A stretch of 43,454 bases of DNA, from the NCBI GenBank assembly GCA_020725385.1, contig DYFC01000057.1, forward strand, positions 1 through 43,454. The letters are read 5' to 3'. The notes below the pieces were generated by a model that made no database searches, had not been told where the DNA came from, and saw nothing but the letters and a program-made list of their open reading frames with translations. A program made the position numbers and the translations under genes. Below, in pieces: positions 1-9,593 of this stretch (position 1 is its first letter; each line of letters opens with the position of its first letter). Source of the stretch: Nitrospira japonica (GTDB taxonomy: Bacteria > Nitrospirota > Thermodesulfovibrionia > Thermodesulfovibrionales > SM23-35).

Positions 1-27
1 AAAAAACAATATAAAAAAGAAAGGTAA

Positions 28-93
28 TTTCGTTTATAATTTTAATGAGGCAACAGAGAAACTTTTCGTTTAGATTTTTATGTGAGGCAACAG
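28..93. repeat. Degenerate direct repeat, 2 copies: TTTCGTTTA-N9/10-TGAGGCAACAG (28-56, 64-93)
   Basis: Two exact blocks (9 and 11 bp) recur with near-identical spacing; seen directly. Confidence 0.7.
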
Positions 94-430
94 GTAAGTA
101 GAACTTGTTCACTATGTACAAAACAAGTAGAGGGAGTTGTCGTCATCAATAATGCCACGTGCTTTTAAAATTACAACGGATACAAATTTTATGGTGTAGT
201 AAACAAAATCAAGAGGTTGTTATAGTGAATTGCTATGACAAAGCCAAAGATTACAACCAGCAGATACTTCAGAAAAATCAAAGACAACCCATCCAAAATA
301 ACAGTCATCAATGTTGCCCGCCTTGCTTCTAGGTAATTTATTTGTTTTGATAAGAAAATCATAAGGGCAGTCAGCAGATTATCTGTAGTCTGTTAGCTAT
401 AACTTATACCTTTATGATAGTATTATAAAA

Positions 431-616
431 ATGAGCAAGAGGGGTTTAAAGAAAAGGGCTGAAGGTTTGAGATTACAAATACTAACTCATCAAAATAAAA
501 TTAAAAATGAAAAGGCAAAGCAAATTCCAGATGAAGGCAAGATTCACCACTGGGAAGCAGAAATCACAGCATTTAAAAATAGTCTTGCAAGGGTATTAAG
601 GAGGTTAGAAAAATGA
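431..616 (+). CDS. Small basic helical hypothetical protein (61 aa), first gene of a TA-like pair
   Basis: ORF with 16 K/R vs 7 D/E and a PDEGxIxHWExEI motif; ATGA overlap with the next gene. Confidence 0.75.
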   Translation: MSKRGLKKRAEGLRLQILTHQNKIKNEKAKQIPDEGKIHHWEAEITAFKNSLARVLRRLEK

Positions 617-837
617 AAACAGCAGCTTATAAAGAAAGAAGGCCAAAGATATTACCAGAGCTTCTTACCGAGTATGAAGAGGAGTGCCTGAATGCTATCA
701 GACTCATTGAAGGATTAAAATTGCAGACATTAACTGAAGAACAAACCGAGGATATGCTTGGAGAACTCTCCGCGTCAATTACCCATTTAAGGATTCATTC
801 TGAGCAACTTGAAAAATTAATAGAGGAACAGATTTAA
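613..837 (+). CDS. Small acidic helical hypothetical protein (74 aa), second gene of the pair
   Basis: AGGAGG Shine-Dalgarno (SD) inside the upstream gene, 4-nt overlap, 16 D/E vs 9 K/R, HxxxH. Confidence 0.75.
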   Translation: MKTAAYKERRPKILPELLTEYEEECLNAIRLIEGLKLQTLTEEQTEDMLGELSASITHLRIHSEQLEKLIEEQI

Positions 838-963
838 AGGATTTAAAAAACAGAGAACCCATCCTTGATTAAGGAATACAGCGTTGAGGCAAACATTGAA
901 TTTGAAGATTATATGAACGGGCTTAAGAATATAAGAAAGGTTTGGTAGTTTATCTCTCAAATA

Positions 964-2397
964 ATGACATCAGGATCAATTATTTTTTTCATTTTTGGAT
1001 TTATAACTGGAGCTGTTATTGCATGGTTAATAGTATATGCAAGGCAGCAGAAGGTTTACGGGACAAAGATTTCAGAAATTCAGGGTGAACATTTAAAAAA
1101 GCTCTCTGAAATCGAAAAAGCCCTTGGCAGTTCTGAAGCACGACTTGAAGAATTAAGGCAGCAGCTCAATCAAAAAGATGCTGAGATAATGAAGATACGT
1201 GAAGAATTAGGTTATGAAAAGCAGAGTAAAATTGAAGCCTTAACAAAGCTCGATTTAGCCCAGCAAAATTTTGAAGAGCAAAAAGCAATGATTGATATGT
1301 TGAAGACAGAAATGACCGACACATTCAATGCTCTTTCTTCTGCAGCTTTGAAAAGTAGCAGCGAGGATTTTTTGAGACTTGCATCCGAACATCTTGGCAA
1401 GGTACTGGCAGAGACAAAAGGTAAACTCGGTGAGCATCAGGCTGCTATGGATAATGTTATCAAACCACTACATCAGGCATTGCAACGCTATGAAGAAAAT
1501 TTGAGATCAATTGAAGAAAACAGACATAAAGCATATGGAACTCTTACCGAGCAAATAAGATCCCTCGCTTCAACTAATGAGAATCTTCAAAGAGAAACAA
1601 GCAATCTTGTTTCAGCCCTGAGAAAGCCACAGGTAAGGGGAAGATGGGGCGAGATGCAATTAAGAAGAGTTGCCGAACTTTCTGGAATGACAAAGCATTG
1701 TGATTTTACCGAGCAAGTTTCGGTTGATACTGAAAAGGGCAGAATAAGACCTGATATGATCGTTCACCTGCCAATGGAAAGAGAAATTGTAGTTGATGCC
1801 AAAGTGCCTCTCGATGCATATCTTGAGGCAATTTCAGCATCGAGTGAGGAAGAGCGAAAAATAAAAATGGAGAAACATGCTCAACAGGTTCGTTCTCATA
1901 TGAATAAGCTTGCTTCTAAAGAATACTGGAGCCAGTTCAGTCATTCTCCAGAATTTGTTGTTCTTTTTATTCCCGGCGAATCTTTTCTTAGTTCTGCTAT
2001 TGATATTGACTCAACTCTGATCGAGGATGGAATACAAAAAGGGATTATTGTTGCAACTCCAACCACTTTTATTGCATTATTAAGAGCAATAGCTTATGGC
2101 TGGAGACAGGAACAATTGACAAAGAATGCACAGGAAATAAGTGAACTGGGGAAACAGTTATACGAAAGAATTAGTGTTATTGTTCAGCATTTTGAGAATA
2201 TCGGAACAAATCTTGAGAAATCTATCTCGGCTTATAACAAGGCAGTTGGTTCATTTGAGACAAGGATATTGCCAACAGTAAGAAGATTTAAAGAACTCGG
2301 CGTATCAACAGGTTCTGATATATCTGTTCTTGGTGAGATAGACCGTAGCCCGAAAAAATTGTTTATACTTGAAGACGAACAAAATAAAGTTTCATAA
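964..2397 (+). CDS. rmuC: DNA recombination protein RmuC
   Basis: N-terminal TM helix, long coiled coil, motifs RGRWGEMQL, RPDMIVHLP, VDAKVPL, FVVLFIPGE, ATPTT. Confidence 0.92.
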   Translation: MTSGSIIFFIFGFITGAVIAWLIVYARQQKVYGTKISEIQGEHLKKLSEIEKALGSSEARLEELRQQLNQKDAEIMKIREELGYEKQSKIEALTKLDLAQQNFEEQKAMIDMLKTEMTDTFNALSSAALKSSSEDFLRLASEHLGKVLAETKGKLGEHQAAMDNVIKPLHQALQRYEENLRSIEENRHKAYGTLTEQIRSLASTNENLQRETSNLVSALRKPQVRGRWGEMQLRRVAELSGMTKHCDFTEQVSVDTEKGRIRPDMIVHLPMEREIVVDAKVPLDAYLEAISASSEEERKIKMEKHAQQVRSHMNKLASKEYWSQFSHSPEFVVLFIPGESFLSSAIDIDSTLIEDGIQKGIIVATPTTFIALLRAIAYGWRQEQLTKNAQEISELGKQLYERISVIVQHFENIGTNLEKSISAYNKAVGSFETRILPTVRRFKELGVSTGSDISVLGEIDRSPKKLFILEDEQNKVS

Positions 2398-2426
2398 TAA
2401 AGAACATTTTAAAGGAGGGGTTGAAG

Positions 2427-2705
2427 ATGTCGGAGAGATTGAGCCATGAGGAATTTATTAGAAAAGCTATTGTTAGTTTGAGAAAGGAAGGATTTAAAGG
2501 TATTCATTCGGTTTATTCGGGATTTAATAATGCTTTTAAAAAATATTTTGAGGGCGAGAATCCTGTTGAAGTAACAAATAAGCTCGCAGCAGAAGGCAAG
2601 ATAGTTATAAGACCAGTCAAAGGCGGAGTCATGCTTTATCTGCCTGAAGATGCTCCTGCATCGAGAGATTCTGCTGACGAAGCCTTGAAGAAAATGGGGT
2701 TATGA
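2427..2705 (+). CDS. Hypothetical protein (~92 aa)
   Basis: AAGGAGG SD at 2412-2418 favours ATG 2427; protein-like sequence GIHSVYSGFNNAF...RPVKGGVMLY; function unknown. Confidence 0.75.
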   Translation: MSERLSHEEFIRKAIVSLRKEGFKGIHSVYSGFNNAFKKYFEGENPVEVTNKLAAEGKIVIRPVKGGVMLYLPEDAPASRDSADEALKKMGL

Positions 2706-2727
2706 TCCTATATAAATTCAGTTTTTA

Positions 2728-5520
2728 ATGTCTGTAAAAGAACTTATTATTGAAGGCGCAAGGCAGAACAATTTAAAGAATATTAACCTTACCCTGCCTC
2801 ACAATAAAGTTATTGCTATTACCGGAGTTTCAGGGTCGGGAAAATCTTCACTGGCTTTTGACACAATTTTTGCAGAAGGACAATGGAGATTTATTGAGTC
2901 GCTTTCTACATATGCAAGACTTTTTCTTGAAAAACTTGACAGGCCTGATGTTGACACAATACACAATATTCGTCCTGCTATAGCGCTCGAACAGAAAAAC
3001 CCTGTCAAAGGTTCCCGCTCGACTGTTGGAACTCTAACAGAGCTTTATGATCTTTTTAGACTTTTATATTCAAAAATAGCCCATCCATTCTGCCCCAATT
3101 GTTTTAAAGAAATTATTAGATGGGATACATCACAAATATTCCTGGAGTTAATAGAAAAATATAGAGATAAAAAAGCAATTATTGTTTTTGAAGCTCCTAC
3201 TGATTTTAACGAGTTATTAAAAAAGGGTTTTCACAGAATCTGGATAAATAATGAAGTTATTGATATTGAAGATTTTGAATCTTCAATAAATCAGATGCCT
3301 GTAAATGATATTAAAGATAAATTGAATATTGTTGTTGACCGCCTGATTATAAAGGATGAACCCAGACTCTCTGATTCGATAGAACTCGCATGGAATCAGG
3401 GAAAAGGTAAAATTGAGATAATTATTATTGATGAGGCAATAAAAGTATTGTCCTTTTCCTCAAAAAATGCCTGTGATGAATGTGGAATTGAATTACCATT
3501 ACCAAATCCTTTATTGTTTTCTTTTAACCATCCTTTAGGTGCCTGCCCAAAATGTAATGGATTTGGAAATTTACTGAATTATGATGAGACTCTTGTTATA
3601 CCGGATAAAAGTCTTTCTCTGACAGATGGGGCAATTGACCCCTGGAATAAACCTGCATACAGATGGTGGAAACAACAGCTCATCAAGAATGCTGAAAAGG
3701 CAGGGTTGAATACTTCAAAACCCTATTCGGAATTTTTAGATAGTGAAAAAGAGATTATTTTTAATGGCACACCTCATTTTTATGGAATAAACGATTTTTT
3801 TCAAGAACTCGAATCGAAAAAATACAAACTTCACATCCGGGTGTTTCTAAGTAGATACAGAAGTCCTGCAATATGCCCTTTATGTAAAGGAAAAAGACTT
3901 AAAAAAGACGCTCTTTCATATAAAATTTCAGGACTGGATATAGGTGATTTGTGTTCAATGCCAGTAATTGAGATAGCACATTTTTTCGAAAATCTTGATA
4001 TATCGCCGTTTCAGAGAGATACTGCTAAGGAAATACTCAGACAGATACAATTAAAGCTCGATTTTCTTAAACGTGTGGGACTCGATTATTTAAGCCTCAA
4101 TCGTGATGCCCGCACATTATCCGGTGGAGAATACCAGAGGATAAATCTCTCAAACCAGATAGCTTCATTTTTAACAGGAACACTTTATGTTCTCGATGAA
4201 CCAACCGTTGGCCTGCATGCGCGTGACACAAAAATAATAGCAGGCATTATGTCAGAACTTTCAAAACTTGGAAATACAATTATTGTTGTCGAGCATGATA
4301 AAAATATTATAAGTTCCTCGGATATAGTTGTTGAACTCGGCCCCGGTGGTGGCTATAAAGGCGGAGAAGTTATCTTTTCGGGAAATATGGAGGAGTTTCT
4401 TATAGCAGATACCCCTACTTCGAGATATATAAGAGGAATTGACCATATTCTTCCTCCTTTAAAGAAAAAAATTTTTACTAATAAGCCTCCTTTTCAAAAT
4501 AAGATAGTGCTTACAGGAGCAAAGGGGAACAATCTTAAAGATATTAATCTGAGTATTCCTTTGCAGACATTTACAACTATAACAGGAGTTTCTGGCTCAG
4601 GCAAAAGTTCTCTTATTGTAGAGACTTTATTTAGAGCTTTGGCGCGTGAATTTAAGCAAAGTGTTGAGATGCCGCTTGCTTTTGATAGACTCATTGTCCC
4701 TAAAACATTAAAAACCGTGAAACTTATTTCTCAATCTCCAATAGGTAAAAGCCCCCGCTCAAATCCGGTTACTTATTTAAAGGTATTTGATTTAATAAGA
4801 AATCTTTTTGCTTCCCAACCTGAAGCAAGAACTCAAAGATACGGTCCCGGATATTTTTCTTTTAATGTTTCAGGAGGAAGGTGTGAGACCTGTAAAGGAG
4901 CAGGTTATCAAAAAATGGAGATGTACTTCTTTGAGGATTTATATATTAAGTGTGAGACATGTAATGGGAAAAGATATAAACCAGAGGCTTTGAAAGTTTA
5001 TTATAGAGGTAAAAATATTGACGATATTTTAAGAATGACTGTTGATGAAGCTATAGAATTGTTTCATGATGAAAGAAAAATTATCAATAAACTGTCTTTA
5101 ATGCAGGATATAGGGCTGGGTTATCTCAGACTCGGTCAACCTGCTACAACCCTTTCAGGTGGGGAAGCACAGAGATTGAAAATATGTGCGGAATTTACAG
5201 AAAATTCAAGACACACAGGAGATATACTCTATATTCTCGATGAACCAACTGTAGGATTACATTTCAGGGATATAAAGGCTTTGCTTGGAATTCTTCAGAG
5301 GCTTGTTGACTCAGGCAATACAGTAATAATCATTGAACATAATCTTGATGTTATTAATTATTCTGACTGGATAATTGATCTCGGTCCTGAAGGAGGAGAC
5401 AAGGGAGGTAATATTGTATTTGAAGGCACGCCTGATGAGATAATAAATTGCCATGAGTCATATACAGGAAAATATCTCAGGGAGCATCTTTACACTCAGC
5501 AATCAAGTCATAGTATTTAA
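2728..5520 (+). CDS. uvrA: Excinuclease ABC subunit A
   Basis: Two ABC ATPase modules (GVSGSGKSS twice, LSGGE twice, LDEPT twice) and three CxxC...CxxC zinc modules. Confidence 0.93.
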   Translation: MSVKELIIEGARQNNLKNINLTLPHNKVIAITGVSGSGKSSLAFDTIFAEGQWRFIESLSTYARLFLEKLDRPDVDTIHNIRPAIALEQKNPVKGSRSTVGTLTELYDLFRLLYSKIAHPFCPNCFKEIIRWDTSQIFLELIEKYRDKKAIIVFEAPTDFNELLKKGFHRIWINNEVIDIEDFESSINQMPVNDIKDKLNIVVDRLIIKDEPRLSDSIELAWNQGKGKIEIIIIDEAIKVLSFSSKNACDECGIELPLPNPLLFSFNHPLGACPKCNGFGNLLNYDETLVIPDKSLSLTDGAIDPWNKPAYRWWKQQLIKNAEKAGLNTSKPYSEFLDSEKEIIFNGTPHFYGINDFFQELESKKYKLHIRVFLSRYRSPAICPLCKGKRLKKDALSYKISGLDIGDLCSMPVIEIAHFFENLDISPFQRDTAKEILRQIQLKLDFLKRVGLDYLSLNRDARTLSGGEYQRINLSNQIASFLTGTLYVLDEPTVGLHARDTKIIAGIMSELSKLGNTIIVVEHDKNIISSSDIVVELGPGGGYKGGEVIFSGNMEEFLIADTPTSRYIRGIDHILPPLKKKIFTNKPPFQNKIVLTGAKGNNLKDINLSIPLQTFTTITGVSGSGKSSLIVETLFRALAREFKQSVEMPLAFDRLIVPKTLKTVKLISQSPIGKSPRSNPVTYLKVFDLIRNLFASQPEARTQRYGPGYFSFNVSGGRCETCKGAGYQKMEMYFFEDLYIKCETCNGKRYKPEALKVYYRGKNIDDILRMTVDEAIELFHDERKIINKLSLMQDIGLGYLRLGQPATTLSGGEAQRLKICAEFTENSRHTGDILYILDEPTVGLHFRDIKALLGILQRLVDSGNTVIIIEHNLDVINYSDWIIDLGPEGGDKGGNIVFEGTPDEIINCHESYTGKYLREHLYTQQSSHSI

Positions 5521-6781
5521 AATTTTTTATCAAAACATCTACTACATTACCTATTTTTTTCTGATAATCGGTTACAAATACAGAACCATCTACTTCTGGA
5601 GCCTGTGAGTATATTCTGCCACTCCAAACAGCACCGTATTCATCAACAGGCATCTCAATAAGACATGGGAATTCTTTACCTATTATGGCTTCATTCTTAT
5701 TTTTCACAATTTCTTGTTGCATTTGCATTAATGCCTTTTTCCTTTTTCGCTTCATACTATATGGAATACGTCCTTTTATATTAAATGCCACTGTATCTTC
5801 TTCTTCTGAATATTCAAATACACCGAGATGGTCGAACTTTATCTGTCTTACAAAATCAGCAAGTTCCTCGAACTCTTCTTCGCTTTCTGTAGGGAACCCG
5901 ACTATGAAAGTTGAACGTATAACAATATCCGGAATCTCTTCTCTCAGCATAGCAAATTTTTCGAGTAATAATTTTTTTGAATATCTTCTGTTCATTAACT
6001 TTAAAATCCTGTCATTTACATGCTGAACAGGAATATCGAGATATTTTGTTATTCTCTGGTCAGACTTAATTAAATTAACAATCCGGGGTGTTATACCTGA
6101 TGGATAAAGATAGAGCAAACGTAGCCAGAACTCTTTTTTAATTGAAAGAATTGATTCAAGCAACATATCAAGAGAAGGCTTTCCGTACAAATCCCTACCA
6201 TAAGAAGTTAAATCCTGAGCTATTAAATTTATTTCATAAACATTATTATTTAAGGCTTTTTTAATGTCTTTAAGAATTTGATCAATTGGAATGCTTTTTA
6301 ATGGTCCTCTAATTAATGGAATGGTGCAATATGAGCAACGGTTATTACATCCGTCAGCTATCTTGATATAAGTATATGAAGGTGGTGTAAAGCAGATTTT
6401 CTTAAGTGAAGCATTGGTGCAAGGCAATTTTAAGGGAGAAAATTTTTTCTGTATATTTTTAGCAATTTCTTTATATGGAAGCGCAGGAAGAAAAAGGTCA
6501 ACCTCGGGAATTAAAGTTTCGAGTTCTTTTTTATATCTTTGCACAAGACATCCAAATACTATAACTTTAGCGTTTTTTGGTTTTTCCTGAAGAACTGAAA
6601 GTACGGTATCAATGGATTCCTGTTTTGCTTTCTTTATAAATCCGCAAGTATTTATTAAAACAAGGTTTGCTTCTTGGATTATACCGGTAATTCCGTAACC
6701 ATATCTTGAAAGGATTTTTGATATTTTCTCGCTATCAACAAGATTCTTCGCACATCCAAGACTTATAAAATAATACTTCAT
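5477..6781 (-). CDS. rimO: Ribosomal protein S12 methylthiotransferase RimO
   Basis: SLGCAKNLVDSE, NTCGFI, radical SAM CNNRCSYC, C-terminal TRAM (APEVDG); start moved to MKYYF at 6781; 3' end overlaps uvrA by 44 bp. Confidence 0.92.
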   Translation of the reverse strand: MKYYFISLGCAKNLVDSEKISKILSRYGYGITGIIQEANLVLINTCGFIKKAKQESIDTVLSVLQEKPKNAKVIVFGCLVQRYKKELETLIPEVDLFLPALPYKEIAKNIQKKFSPLKLPCTNASLKKICFTPPSYTYIKIADGCNNRCSYCTIPLIRGPLKSIPIDQILKDIKKALNNNVYEINLIAQDLTSYGRDLYGKPSLDMLLESILSIKKEFWLRLLYLYPSGITPRIVNLIKSDQRITKYLDIPVQHVNDRILKLMNRRYSKKLLLEKFAMLREEIPDIVIRSTFIVGFPTESEEEFEELADFVRQIKFDHLGVFEYSEEEDTVAFNIKGRIPYSMKRKRKKALMQMQQEIVKNKNEAIIGKEFPCLIEMPVDEYGAVWSGRIYSQAPEVDGSVFVTDYQKKIGNVVDVLIKNFKYYDLIAECKDAP

Positions 6782-6792
6782 TTCATTAGAAT

Positions 6793-6820
6793 AACATAAA
6801 GCATGGAGCGTAGAGCAAAG
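6793..6820. repeat. Short heptamer tandem repeat (AACATAA AGCATGG AGCGTAG AGCAAAG)
   Basis: 7-nt periodicity seen directly; CGTAGAGC (6809-6816) can pair with GTTCTACG (6856-6863). Confidence 0.5.
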
Positions 6821-6947
6821 AACGCCGTATATCTGTTGTCTATTATCCATAATCCGTTCTACGAAATATAAAAATTCGGACCCAGCTAACAAATAGGGTA
6901 ACAATTTTTTTGAAGCAATGTCTGTATTATTCGGTTATACTTAAACG

Positions 6948-8594
6948 ATGATGTTTGCCAGAAAATATTTGTTATACATTTTTATAATCCTTATATTACT
7001 ACCAGGTTGCAAAGAAAAAACCGGCTCTTATGTTCAATCAAATAGCAAAGAACAGGTTTATGAGCCTGCATATGGCGATACACTTATTACAGGCTCCATA
7101 GGTGAGCCTTCAGTATTAATCCCAATGCTTGCAGGTGACAGCGCATCCCATGATATTGCAGGTCTTATATTCAACGGTCTTGTTAAATATGATACTGATT
7201 TAAGCATAATCGGAGATCTTGCAGAATCGTGGGAAATATCAAAGGACGGGCTTGTAATTACTTTCCATTTAAGGAAAGGTGTAAAGTGGTCTGATGGAGT
7301 CGAATTCACAGCGAATGATGTTTTATTTGGTTTTAACACAATAATTGATGATAAGACTCCTACTGCCTATAAAGAGGACTTTTTACAGGTAAACAAGGCA
7401 GAGGTGCTTGATAAATATACTTTCAGGGTTACATATAAAAAACCTTTTGCTCCTGCTTTGAGTTCATGGGGAAATCTTGTGGTATTGCCAGAACATTTAC
7501 TTAAAGGAAAAGATATTACAAAAACTACTATGATAAGAGAGCCTATAGGGCTGGGGCCTTATAAATTGAAGAAGTGGATTCCGGGGCAGGAACTTATTCT
7601 CGAATCTTACAGGGATTATTTTGAAGGAAGACCGTATATAGATAGATATATTTATAGAATTATTCCTGATCCTGCAACAATGTTTCTTGAACTTCAGGCT
7701 GGAGGGCTTGATATGATGGGATTGACTCCTTTGCAATATACAAAACAGACTGATACCGAAATTTTCAGGGAAAATTTCCAAAAATTTCGCTACCCTGTAT
7801 TTTCCTACACACACATGGCTTTTAACTTAAAACATCCTTGGTTTAAAGATAAACATATAAGACAGGCGATTGCCTATGCGATTGACAAAAAAGAGATTAT
7901 AGATGTTGTTTTATTCGGGCTTGGTAGTCCTGCTACAGGTCCATATGTCCCAAATACCTGGCCGTATAATCCAAATGTGAAGAAATACGAATATAATCCA
8001 GAAAAAGCAAAACAACTCCTGGCAGAAGCAGGATGGAAAGATACTAATGGTGATGGGATTCTCGATAAGGATGGTAAAAAGTTTGAATTTACCATACTAA
8101 CAAATATGGGAAATAACCTGAGAAAAAATACAGCTACAATAATCCAGTGGAGACTCGCAAAGATTGGAATAAAAGTAAATATAAGAGTGCTTGAATGGTC
8201 AACATTTGTCAATGAATTCATTGATAAAAGAAGATTTGAAGCAGTAATACTCGGATGGAGCATTAGCCCTGATCCCGATCAATACGATATATGGCACTCA
8301 AGTAAAACAAGAGAAAAAGAGTTCAATTTCATAGGTTATAATAATCCTGAAGTGGATGAACTTCTTGAGAAAGGCAGGAGAACTTTCAATATTGAAGAAA
8401 GGAAAAAAGCATATTTCAGAATACAGGAAATTCTTGCTGAAGAAGTTCCTTATATTTTCCTTTATGTGCCTGATGCAACCCCTATAGTTCATTCAAGGTT
8501 TAAAGGAATAAAACCTTCTCCAATAGGCATAAGTTATAATCTACCAAAATGGTATGTTCCAAAACCTTTGCAGAAACATGCAATGGAGCCTTAA
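6948..8594 (+). CDS. Peptide ABC transporter substrate-binding lipoprotein (family 5)
   Basis: Lipobox LPGC; DLAESWEIS...TFHLRKGVKWSDG; PIGLGPYK. Confidence 0.92.
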   Translation: MMFARKYLLYIFIILILLPGCKEKTGSYVQSNSKEQVYEPAYGDTLITGSIGEPSVLIPMLAGDSASHDIAGLIFNGLVKYDTDLSIIGDLAESWEISKDGLVITFHLRKGVKWSDGVEFTANDVLFGFNTIIDDKTPTAYKEDFLQVNKAEVLDKYTFRVTYKKPFAPALSSWGNLVVLPEHLLKGKDITKTTMIREPIGLGPYKLKKWIPGQELILESYRDYFEGRPYIDRYIYRIIPDPATMFLELQAGGLDMMGLTPLQYTKQTDTEIFRENFQKFRYPVFSYTHMAFNLKHPWFKDKHIRQAIAYAIDKKEIIDVVLFGLGSPATGPYVPNTWPYNPNVKKYEYNPEKAKQLLAEAGWKDTNGDGILDKDGKKFEFTILTNMGNNLRKNTATIIQWRLAKIGIKVNIRVLEWSTFVNEFIDKRRFEAVILGWSISPDPDQYDIWHSSKTREKEFNFIGYNNPEVDELLEKGRRTFNIEERKKAYFRIQEILAEEVPYIFLYVPDATPIVHSRFKGIKPSPIGISYNLPKWYVPKPLQKHAMEP

Positions 8595-9590
8595 ATGATT
8601 AACTATATTCTTAAAAGAATTTTTGAGATGATTCCAACATTGTTCGGGATTACCCTGATCTCATTTATGATATTGCATCTTGCTCCGGGAAAACCAACCG
8701 ATGTTCTTGCTGATTTTAATCCAAAGATTACACCCGAGGCCAGAGAAAGACTCGAGAAAATGTATAATCTTGATAAACCTATAACTGTTCAGTATGTTTT
8801 ATGGCTTAAAAAAATAGTGAAGCTTGATTTTGGAGAATCTTTTTCATCTGACAGAAGGCCTGTTATTGATAAAATATGGGATAGCAAACAACCTTTATTT
8901 GAAAGAAGATTGTTTATAACATTCATGTTGAATGTTATAACAATGTTTGTAATTTTAATAATAGCGATTCCCTTAGGTATTACATCTGCTACTCACCAGA
9001 ATACTCTTTACGACAGGATAACAACCACTTCAGTATTTATCGGATTTGCAACACCATCTTTCTGGCTGGCTTTGCTTCTCATGATGTTTTTTGGAGTATA
9101 TCTTGGATGGCTTCCAATCTCGGGCTTAAAGTCAATGAATTATGATTCTTTATCCCTTACGGGCAAGATAATTGACAGAATAAATCATCTAATACTTCCT
9201 GTATTCGTATATGCTTTTGGTGGTCTTGCCGGAGATTCCAGATATATGAGAAGCAGTATGCTTGAAGTAATAAGACAGGATTATATAAAAGTTGCGAGAG
9301 CAAAAGGACTTCCCGAGAGAGTTGTGATTTACAGACATGCTTTGAGAAATGCGCTTCTGCCTTTAATTACACTTATCGGACTTTCAGTGCCCGGACTTAT
9401 AGGTGGTAGTGTAATAATGGAAAGCATATTTGGAATTCCGGGCATGGGGCAGTTACTTTTTATGAGTGTTATGACGCGTGATTATCCGGTTATTATGGGA
9501 ATAGTAATCATTGTTGGGTTCCTAACACTACTCGGGAACCTACTTGCAGATATAGGATATATGCTCGCTGACCCGAGAATCAGGCATTAA
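8595..9590 (+). CDS. Peptide ABC transporter permease (OppB/DppB-like)
   Basis: LAPGKP, DFGES, ARAKGL...HALRNA EAA loop, DPRI C-terminus. Confidence 0.92.
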   Translation: MINYILKRIFEMIPTLFGITLISFMILHLAPGKPTDVLADFNPKITPEARERLEKMYNLDKPITVQYVLWLKKIVKLDFGESFSSDRRPVIDKIWDSKQPLFERRLFITFMLNVITMFVILIIAIPLGITSATHQNTLYDRITTTSVFIGFATPSFWLALLLMMFFGVYLGWLPISGLKSMNYDSLSLTGKIIDRINHLILPVFVYAFGGLAGDSRYMRSSMLEVIRQDYIKVARAKGLPERVVIYRHALRNALLPLITLIGLSVPGLIGGSVIMESIFGIPGMGQLLFMSVMTRDYPVIMGIVIIVGFLTLLGNLLADIGYMLADPRIRH

Positions 9591-9593
9591 ATT

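Noticed and set aside
28-257. Repeats as a CRISPR array (GTTG...AAC-like ends)
   Set aside because: Only two copies of each unit, either a 7-bp spacer or a non-conserved interior, and no cas genes in the window
126-312. Fluoride riboswitch or sigma54 promoter suggested by minus-strand GGCA..ATTGATGAC
   Set aside because: Required 5' GGnGAUGG stem and pseudoknot are absent, and the -12 position reads GA rather than GC
369-398. Hairpin ending in GTTAGCT as an integron attC site
   Set aside because: Too short, no RYYYAAC box, no other attC sites or integrase
6782-6904. 41-aa N-terminal extension of RimO
   Set aside because: Family similarity begins at MKYYFISLGC; the extension is translated intergenic and heptamer-repeat DNA
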